Source: Thermoplasmata archaeon (GTDB taxonomy: Archaea; Thermoplasmatota; Thermoplasmata; GCA-020350865). Taken from it: a stretch of 64,000 bases of DNA. Location of the stretch: contig CP070751.1 in the NCBI GenBank assembly GCA_020348445.1, positions 2,412,927 to 2,476,926 on the forward strand, in the 5' to 3' direction. The translations under genes were made by a program, and so were the position numbers. The notes beneath the pieces were generated by a model. That model did not search any database and was not told the DNA's origin. It saw only the letters and a list, made by a program, of their open reading frames with translations. Shown in pieces: positions 57,295 through 64,000 of this stretch (positions within the stretch are counted from its first letter, which is position 1; the number at the start of each line of letters is the position of its first letter).

Positions 57295-57774
57295 TTACCC
57301 CTTTCTTTTCTTAAAACCTGCCATCCTGGGACAGCTGTCTTTCAAATTGCAATCCTCGCATCCATATTTTTTTGTAATGACAGGTAGCATAATGAATCCC
57401 ATTATTATGAAGATGGAAAATAGGACAAGAAGTGTGATAGAGAATTCATAGTAGAGAAGGTATATCCCAGCTAAAACGGGGAGGATCCATGATGGAAAGA
57501 CAATACCAATATGCCTTCTGAACGTATCATTGAATTTCTTTGAATCTCTCTCTTTAAAAAGCTTGGCTGCTACCCTAGCATATCCACTTGGACATTTTGG
57601 ATTATCAAAATGAGGGCAATGGGCGCAAATGAATCTCATGAACCAAAGGGTGCTGAAAATGCAATACAGGACATAGACCAAAAAAAACAACCAACCCAAA
57701 AATAACATGATAACGGCCCCGAGCGCATATGTGGAAAATGTGGGTAAGTTATGCAATACCTTATTTGCTCCCAT
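57295..57774 (-). CDS. Small 4-TM membrane protein with two CxxC-x5/7-C motifs
   Basis: GGAGG RBS; CAHCPHFDNPKC and CEDCNLKDSC. Confidence 0.75.
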   Translation of the reverse strand: MGANKVLHNLPTFSTYALGAVIMLFLGWLFFLVYVLYCIFSTLWFMRFICAHCPHFDNPKCPSGYARVAAKLFKERDSKKFNDTFRRHIGIVFPSWILPVLAGIYLLYYEFSITLLVLFSIFIIMGFIMLPVITKKYGCEDCNLKDSCPRMAGFKKRKG

Positions 57775-57867
57775 GAATTTCTTTCCTCCATTTTACTATC
57801 TTGGGCAATTTGTTGTTACATTTCTCCAATATACGCATATTTCAATTAAACGAAATACAATATGAAA

Positions 57868-58707
57868 TTATATCTTATCTTTAGAATCTAACCCAGGAAT
57901 CCCACATGCATCTGCCCTACACTGTTTACATGCTCTGAATATGGGAATTATGCTCTCGCATGCCTCTCGGGAAGCGATAAGCTCATCACAGGTTGGAGCC
58001 CTAAGATGTTTGAATTCTCCTAAAGGAATCAAGGGCATAATATTCATTATAAAGACACCCCGTTTTTGAATTTCATAGGCGATATCCTTTACATGTTCCA
58101 GATTTATTTCAGGAATAAGCACGGTGTTGACCTTGGTCAAGAATCCCAATTCAGAGGCAATTTCCAGGCCTTCAAGCTGCTTTGATACAAGAACCTCAGC
58201 CCCTTCAATGCCACTTAGTATGTTACCCTCCACTATAGAATATGAAGAGATTTTCGAGGCGACTTCTGGATCAACTGCATTTATTGTTAGTGTAAGGGAT
58301 TTCACATTAAGTTCTTTTAAGATCCTGGCTTTCTCGGGTAAAAGAAGACCGTTTGTACAAACGCATAATTTTAAGTCCGGGAAATTCTCCCCAACTAGCC
58401 TCAGGGTCTCTAATGTCTCTTGATTGTAAAGAGGTTCACCAGGACCTGAGATACCCACAACTGCCATAGAAGGATTCTTTTCCATTGCCTTCTCTACAGC
58501 CAAAATTGCTTCTTCTGGCTTTATCAATTCATAAGCCAATCCAGGGCGCGAACTATGATAATAAGGTGAGACCTTCCTGTCACAATATTTACAGGCTATG
58601 TTGCATTTTGGTGCTACGGGAAGGTGGATTCTCCCAATCTTGTGATGCGCCTGTGTACTGTAACACGGATGTGATTGAGAAAGCTCTATTATATCACCAT
58701 TTAACAA
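57868..58707 (-). CDS. nifB: NifB-type radical SAM protein (stand-alone SAM domain, no NifX domain)
   Basis: HPC, RIHLPVAPKCNIACKYC, SRPG, SGPGEP, TLTIN, CKQCRADACG. Confidence 0.87.
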   Translation of the reverse strand: MLNGDIIELSQSHPCYSTQAHHKIGRIHLPVAPKCNIACKYCDRKVSPYYHSSRPGLAYELIKPEEAILAVEKAMEKNPSMAVVGISGPGEPLYNQETLETLRLVGENFPDLKLCVCTNGLLLPEKARILKELNVKSLTLTINAVDPEVASKISSYSIVEGNILSGIEGAEVLVSKQLEGLEIASELGFLTKVNTVLIPEINLEHVKDIAYEIQKRGVFIMNIMPLIPLGEFKHLRAPTCDELIASREACESIIPIFRACKQCRADACGIPGLDSKDKI

Positions 58708-58791
58708 GCATATTTCTCCTTAAGTCTGCCCGTTCAATACATGATTTTATTTATAAAATTTGGCTTTTAAATATCTTCTTTATCTTCTTTT

Positions 58792-60207
58792 TCAGCCCTC
58801 TTTTCTTTTTTTCATAGCCCTATTTTTTAATTCTATTGAGATCATTATCAATACCAATGATAAGACTGCAATCCAAATAACAGTAATTATGATCCTGTCC
58901 CTTACAACCCAGCATTTACTTGATCGATTACCATCCCCTGAGGTTGTATCATTCCCGTTGTCTGGTGGGGGTTCACTTTCACCATCTTCGCCATCTTCGC
59001 CATCTTCACCATCCTCTCCATCTCCACCATCTCCATCATTTCCTCCATTTCCTCCGTTTCCGTTGTCAGGTTCGGGAGGTTTTGAGGAATTAAAGGCATA
59101 AATTGTTTTTAATGAATTGCCAACAAAAATATATCCCTCTGATATGGCCGCAGACGACAGTATTTCACCCCCAGTGATATAAGACCATATCAAATCGCCG
59201 TTTGTCGCATTCAGTGCATAAAAAATTCCTTGGGATTCACCTATAAAGATTATTTCATCAGCAATTGAGGGCGAAGCATCTACAACATCATTTGTTTCAA
59301 ACTCCCATTTCAGTTGCCCTGTTTCTGCATCAAGAGCCCTAACCTTGTTATCCCTTGCTCCAAAGAACACCTTACCATACGCAATTGTGGCTGTGGAGAC
59401 TGTTTCTGCCCCAAGTGTGAAATTCCAAATCTCCCTACCTGTATATAGGTCGAGACAGTACATCTTTTGAGCATAATTGCCAAAGTAAACCTTATTCTCA
59501 AAAATGGACGGGGAAGCCACTATGAAGCCCTTTGTTTCAAACTCCCAAATGACTTCAGCTGTGTGTATGTTGTAACTCCGAAGAATATTATCACATCCCC
59601 CTACTAGGACCATGTCATCAGATACAGCTGCAGAACCTAAAATGTAAGATCCTGCAGTTGAATTCCATTCCTTTTCGCCGGATGATGCATTTAATGCATA
59701 TAACATACCGTCATGGGAACCTATGAAAACCTTGGCATTCCCAAAGGTGGGAGAGCCTTCGATATCTCCATTAGTTGAAAAGTTCCAGAGTTCAGATCCT
59801 GTGTTCGCGTCCAATGCATATAATCTTCCATTAGTGGATCCAATATATAGGATTTCATCAACTACCAAAGGGGAGGATTTTACAGTTCCTGTGATTTGGT
59901 GTTTCCATGATAAATTACCAGTTTTCATCTCTAATGCATATACCCATCCATCATCAGAGCCAACATAGACTGTCCCGTTTACTACCACAGGTGAGGATTT
60001 CACAGCCCCAGTTGTGTTGTATGTCCAAAATAACTCGGTTTCATTTCTCAATAAACTGGATGTATAACCTGTATTCTGTGAATCATAACAGAATTGTGGC
60101 CAATCATCCTGTCCAACTGTGTTATAAACTGTAAAACTCATGGTTGAAAAGGACATGAGAATGATAATCGTGGATAATACATTAAATGTCCGCACTCCGC
60201 TTTTCAT
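58792..60207 (-). CDS. PQQ-like beta-propeller surface protein with Gly/Asp/Glu linker and C-terminal TM
   Basis: DWPQF; SSP.V...VY[VI]GS.DG.[VL]YAL repeats; TM followed by KKRK. Probable leaderless start at ATG 60207, about 25 nt downstream of TTTTATAA (60232-60239); track gives 60231. Confidence 0.85.
   Translation of the reverse strand: MKSGVRTFNVLSTIIILMSFSTMSFTVYNTVGQDDWPQFCYDSQNTGYTSSLLRNETELFWTYNTTGAVKSSPVVVNGTVYVGSDDGWVYALEMKTGNLSWKHQITGTVKSSPLVVDEILYIGSTNGRLYALDANTGSELWNFSTNGDIEGSPTFGNAKVFIGSHDGMLYALNASSGEKEWNSTAGSYILGSAAVSDDMVLVGGCDNILRSYNIHTAEVIWEFETKGFIVASPSIFENKVYFGNYAQKMYCLDLYTGREIWNFTLGAETVSTATIAYGKVFFGARDNKVRALDAETGQLKWEFETNDVVDASPSIADEIIFIGESQGIFYALNATNGDLIWSYITGGEILSSAAISEGYIFVGNSLKTIYAFNSSKPPEPDNGNGGNGGNDGDGGDGEDGEDGEDGEDGESEPPPDNGNDTTSGDGNRSSKCWVVRDRIIITVIWIAVLSLVLIMISIELKNRAMKKRKEG
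58975..59065 (-). repeat. 9-bp coding microsatellite encoding (GED)n and GGN units
   Basis: Plus-strand ccatcttcg/ccatcttca/ccatcctct units; protein GGNGGNDGDGGDGEDGEDGEDGEDGE. Confidence 0.75.
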
Positions 60208-60266
60208 CGATACTATAGATAGAAATAACAATTATAAAACCCTTTCTGGTTTTTTCAATGATATTC

Positions 60267-63200
60267 TCATTCAGATGTCCTTATCGCATTGGAAACTTCC
60301 ATTTTTGAGGCCTTTAATATGGGTATCAGGGCAGAAATCATTGCCACGATGTACGATATCAATAATATCCCTGCGACATACAGCCAAGGCCAACTACCAA
60401 AATCAATATTCATCCTTAAAAGATAAACACTGGAGGCAATAATCCCACTGAGTGTACCTATGATGATTCCTGATAAAATCACATATGAATTCTCCAAGAA
60501 AAGAGATTTCATGAGGGTCCCTTTTGAAAATCCTATGGCCCTGAGAATACCCATTTCCCTTCTTCTCTCAAGGGTGTTTCTTGCGGCGACAATGCCAAAG
60601 CCTAGGGTGCCTATTATAAGGCCAAACAATAGAATGACCTGGAATATGGAAATGTAGGTGTTTTCAATGAGAATATTCTCCACAACCACTGACTCAACTG
60701 AATATGCGTCAAAACCATATGCGGAAAGTGCACTCTCAAGTTCAGTCATCTGCGGTTTTAAATTGCTGGCCTCTGATTTGAAAAGGAACAAATCGTACCC
60801 GTTATCAGTGGGATACAGAACATCGAAATTCTCGTCCCAGATTATCAGACTCCCTTGAAATATCGAGTTTCCTATAATACCCACGATTTTCAAGGATACG
60901 GTATTTCCCATCTCGTCCACAATCGTAATTGTGGAGCCCAAATCAAGTCCAAGGATCCATACTATTGTATTATAATCCCCAATTGCGGGAATTTCATCGT
61001 CTTCCTTTGATTCCTGAAGAAGTAACCAGGGATTATCCTCACCATCCCCCAGATCCTCATGATTGATGAAAACGAATGAATTGTCCCAAAAAAAGGATTT
61101 GTTGGCTCCTATTAATCTCGGACTTGCTGCCCGATTTAAATTAGAGCATGTGCCCCCCAAATCGCCTTTGGTTTTGAACTGCGTGATTTCAAGCTCATTA
61201 AACACATTCGATGAAATCCCGCTTTTTTGTCTTGAGCCTGAGTCTGCAAGGTCAGCGAATATGGGATTCACGCCCTCACCCATTATCTGATAACCTCCCC
61301 CGCTTTCTGAAACAGCCTTTTCAACATCGTAAATTGCTCCTTGGAGGTTTATGGTCAGGCTCACCAAAACGAACAATGTCAAGGAGAAAAGAAATACAGA
61401 GAACATAGTTCTTTTTGGTCTTCTGGCAGCGTTCTTAATGGAGAATTGCAAAAGCCATCTCTTTCCATGTTGTATTGGTATCTCTTTTTCTTCCTTACCA
61501 TATTCCCACGTTACTTTCACAAGAAAGTGGTGAAAGACAAGTATAAATCCACAAAGCAGCATAAATCCGGAAATAAAGAACAGCTCGATTACAGGCACTA
61601 TATCTGCAAAATAAGAGGTAAGAATTAGTGTATAAATCACCAAGGCCAAACCTGCCCAAAATTCGATATTTTTTTTATGTCTTATCCCTATAAATCCCCG
61701 TGCAGAAAAAATTAGAATCACAGGCCCCAAACCAAGGGTCACAAATCCTAGTTCGCTTTGAAATCCATTCCCAATAAGAACGGGCAAAACCAGTATTATC
61801 AAACCTATAATCCCAAAAAAGGATGGTAAGAAGATGCTCTTTTTCTCCTCCCTTGCAGACAATCCATACCTAAGAGCTCCCGCCACGGTCCTCCTTCCCT
61901 CATACCAAAGTGCAAGGAACATAGTAAAAATAGAGATAAGAATCCCCAGAGAGAAACCTACCACCAGACTATCCAATGTATAATAGAATCTCACCTGTGA
62001 ACCCTCCATTATGGACGACCAAAAAGTATTCATTCCAGTAATAAGAAAAACTCCAAATAAAAGACCTAAAATCACACCAAAGACTCCACCTACAATTGAG
62101 AGAATTGTACCCTCCACAAGAAATATATGATTTATTGATCGTTTTCTGAAACCCAGGGCCCTTAAAGTCGCATTCTCTGTCATCCTGGATTCTATTCTCA
62201 AGGTAATTAAAAGTACGATAAGTACGGCTGCCGCGATAATACAGGCTGCGCTGAAGGCGAGGAACATCTGCGTGAAGATATCGATTCCTTGGGCTGATTC
62301 AAGGGCATCCAGCTTCACTGCTTTTATCGAGATAGAGGCCTCGTCTGCACCAATGAAATTGTTTAATATATCCTCCACTTGTTGTGTCAATTCTGATAAA
62401 CTCGAGTCCTGCTTAGGTATCATTCTGACCTGGGTAATATTGCCTATATCTGTGTTCCACAGATTTGTTCCCTGTGCAAAACCAATAAATGCCTTTGGTG
62501 TCCCCTCGTAATCCTGCCAATATCTCTCATCGTCATTTGTAATTAAATCCAGGTTCATGGGAAAAGGCGGGTCCCAGTCGAAGGCGCTCATCTTACCTTC
62601 TATTCCTGGAAAGGATGGCATAAGCATTCTGTCATCGGCCTTTCCTTGCATATCTACGATATATTTTACAGTGAAGTTCTTTGTAAGATACCTAATGTTG
62701 TAGAACTCGTCCATAACAGAGTAGTTCATGGCCACTGTGTCCTCAACATCTGCCTGTAATCTTTCTGCCACCCAATTATTTATAATAATCTCATCTTCCG
62801 CCAATGAACCCTCGATTTCCTGGGTGCTTCCATTTAAGGTGAACAAACCGAATTCATTATCGAGATTTGGATCAAAGGCTGTTATAGTGGAGTAGGGCAC
62901 ATACCTATCACCCAGGGATAGTGTATTCCAAAAGTAGGTTAAGATTTGTGATGTTGCCTTCAATGTGGTAATAGAGGGATGGTTGCTTATAAGTTCAAGG
63001 TAATCATATGAAAAAAAGATGTCAGCAGACTCCAGTGCCAAGTAATTCTTACCAGTATTTTGAAGTAACCTGAATCCTGCCTCTTCATAACCAATTGCAT
63101 CATCGAGGGCGCTTCTTAGAGTTTTAGAAACATCATTGCACAGTTTTTCACCTTCTCTTTCATCTCCTGTATTAGAGACGAGAATCATGTTCATGGAATC

Positions 63201-63971
63201 CTCTGAATTGAAAAGCAATTGAAGGCTCTCGATATTCACATATATGTTTTGTGGTGTATTTCTGTTGGCATTTAACTGGAACCTTCCCATACCCTCAGAG
63301 GAAACGACATCTTTTACCTCCAACTGAACCTTGAGGTTGGTGTTCTTTTGTTCACCCAGGAAAATTGCCTCAAATACCTGATCCAATCTGGCAAAGGAAA
63401 TGTTGATCTTTTCCCCTTTTCCCACACCTATTTCGGATGCTACATCCTCGTTAATGAAAACTTCATTTATACCCAGGGAGAAATCAAGTTGTATCCCCTC
63501 TACTGATAACATGGAGCCAAATTCAAAAAAGGCTTCGTTGATACCGATTAAGTTGGCTTTTGTTGTTCTCGCCCCTGTACTTGGGCTTTCAGCAATTCCC
63601 TTCATGTAAATTATGGGTGCAAGGTGATCCACATCATCCATGAGGTCATTGTTGTCCATCAAGGAATCAAGGATAGAGCCAGAAAACAGTCTGTCTGATG
63701 TGATTATCTCATCCACTTCACCCAGATTATCGTAAGCTGCGTCAGTTATACTAGCTCTGAGAGAATCCCCTGAGATGAGGGAACCGGTAATTACCAAGGT
63801 ACTTATGCAGGTTGCAGCTATCAAAGCCAAATTTGTTTTGGCATGGCCCCTAAGAGACCTTATGGCTATTGTGACTACCTGCGGTTGTAAAATTCCAAGG
63901 CCAAGGACTCCAGCCACCGTAATCAGAAATAATACAAATAATATCAGGGCACCAATACCAAGGCCGCTCAT
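60267..63971 (-). CDS. Giant duplicated MacB/FtsX-family ABC permease
   Basis: Two halves, each with a large extracellular domain and ENATLRALGF / REMGILRAIGF motifs; VITGSLISGDSL; GGTGA RBS. The ATPase is presumably just outside the window. Confidence 0.87.
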   Translation of the reverse strand: MSGLGIGALILFVLFLITVAGVLGLGILQPQVVTIAIRSLRGHAKTNLALIAATCISTLVITGSLISGDSLRASITDAAYDNLGEVDEIITSDRLFSGSILDSLMDNNDLMDDVDHLAPIIYMKGIAESPSTGARTTKANLIGINEAFFEFGSMLSVEGIQLDFSLGINEVFINEDVASEIGVGKGEKINISFARLDQVFEAIFLGEQKNTNLKVQLEVKDVVSSEGMGRFQLNANRNTPQNIYVNIESLQLLFNSEDSMNMILVSNTGDEREGEKLCNDVSKTLRSALDDAIGYEEAGFRLLQNTGKNYLALESADIFFSYDYLELISNHPSITTLKATSQILTYFWNTLSLGDRYVPYSTITAFDPNLDNEFGLFTLNGSTQEIEGSLAEDEIIINNWVAERLQADVEDTVAMNYSVMDEFYNIRYLTKNFTVKYIVDMQGKADDRMLMPSFPGIEGKMSAFDWDPPFPMNLDLITNDDERYWQDYEGTPKAFIGFAQGTNLWNTDIGNITQVRMIPKQDSSLSELTQQVEDILNNFIGADEASISIKAVKLDALESAQGIDIFTQMFLAFSAACIIAAAVLIVLLITLRIESRMTENATLRALGFRKRSINHIFLVEGTILSIVGGVFGVILGLLFGVFLITGMNTFWSSIMEGSQVRFYYTLDSLVVGFSLGILISIFTMFLALWYEGRRTVAGALRYGLSAREEKKSIFLPSFFGIIGLIILVLPVLIGNGFQSELGFVTLGLGPVILIFSARGFIGIRHKKNIEFWAGLALVIYTLILTSYFADIVPVIELFFISGFMLLCGFILVFHHFLVKVTWEYGKEEKEIPIQHGKRWLLQFSIKNAARRPKRTMFSVFLFSLTLFVLVSLTINLQGAIYDVEKAVSESGGGYQIMGEGVNPIFADLADSGSRQKSGISSNVFNELEITQFKTKGDLGGTCSNLNRAASPRLIGANKSFFWDNSFVFINHEDLGDGEDNPWLLLQESKEDDEIPAIGDYNTIVWILGLDLGSTITIVDEMGNTVSLKIVGIIGNSIFQGSLIIWDENFDVLYPTDNGYDLFLFKSEASNLKPQMTELESALSAYGFDAYSVESVVVENILIENTYISIFQVILLFGLIIGTLGFGIVAARNTLERRREMGILRAIGFSKGTLMKSLFLENSYVILSGIIIGTLSGIIASSVYLLRMNIDFGSWPWLYVAGILLISYIVAMISALIPILKASKMEVSNAIRTSE

Positions 63972-64000
63972 GGTTCTTAAATCACCTAGGTTCTATTTAT

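Noticed and set aside
57868-58707. Nitrogen fixation cluster
   Set aside because: No nifH, nifD, nifK, nifE, nifN or nifI genes are in the window. NifB alone does not indicate diazotrophy.
498-63609. Numerous 60-220 aa ORFs antisense to or overlapping long genes in the track
   Set aside because: These are shadow ORFs with no RBS or recognisable motifs, lying wholly within well-supported genes.
1-64000. Selenocysteine/pyrrolysine readthrough or programmed frameshifts
   Set aside because: All long ORFs are intact. The TGA stops I checked are ordinary ATGA/TTGA/GTGA overlaps, and no domain is split across adjacent ORFs.
1-64000. CRISPR arrays, tRNA/rRNA genes, transposases/integrases
   Set aside because: None was recognisable by eye. 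The repeats seen are coding domain repeats. A covariance-model search was not possible.

Overview
Archaeal DNA: it carries nep1, TATA/BRE promoters and GGAGG/GGTGA ribosome-binding sites. The organism is probably an anaerobic Thermoplasmatota-type lineage (inference). I found no RNA genes, CRISPR arrays or mobile elements. About 45 kb encodes a combinatorial library of exported proteins. Their heads are beta-propellers (BNR/Asp-box, PQQ-like, WD40, FG-GAP/VCBS, Kelch), beta-helices, lamin-tail domains or a novel Cys-motif domain. Stalks are CARDB, Fn3, TSP3-like Ca-binding repeats or a ~100-aa Ig-like repeat. Tails are one of two mutually exclusive types: a TM helix plus basic/acidic tail (12 proteins), or a conserved, internally duplicated ~165-aa 'GWNL...GYWIH' C-terminal domain (7 proteins). 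Interleaved with these genes is a fully duplicated Fe-S redox kit: two double-cubane-type (HGD-D family) reductases, two ATP-dependent BadF/BadG/BcrA/BcrD activators, two NapH/MauN-type membrane polyferredoxins and two DsbD_2/TauE-like membrane proteins. A stand-alone NifB-type radical SAM enzyme without nifHDK, a Cys-motif membrane protein, a giant MacB/FtsX-type permease and a nickel-type ECF transporter with a NikR-like operator lie nearby. The best candidates for an undescribed system are: (1) the double-cubane/NifB/membrane-redox module coupled to Cys-rich surface proteins; (2) the GWNL tail as a TM-independent surface docking or sorting domain; (3) an R-x-T-R|A pro-peptide cleavage motif on several exported proteins. 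All family assignments come from motif recognition, not database searches.
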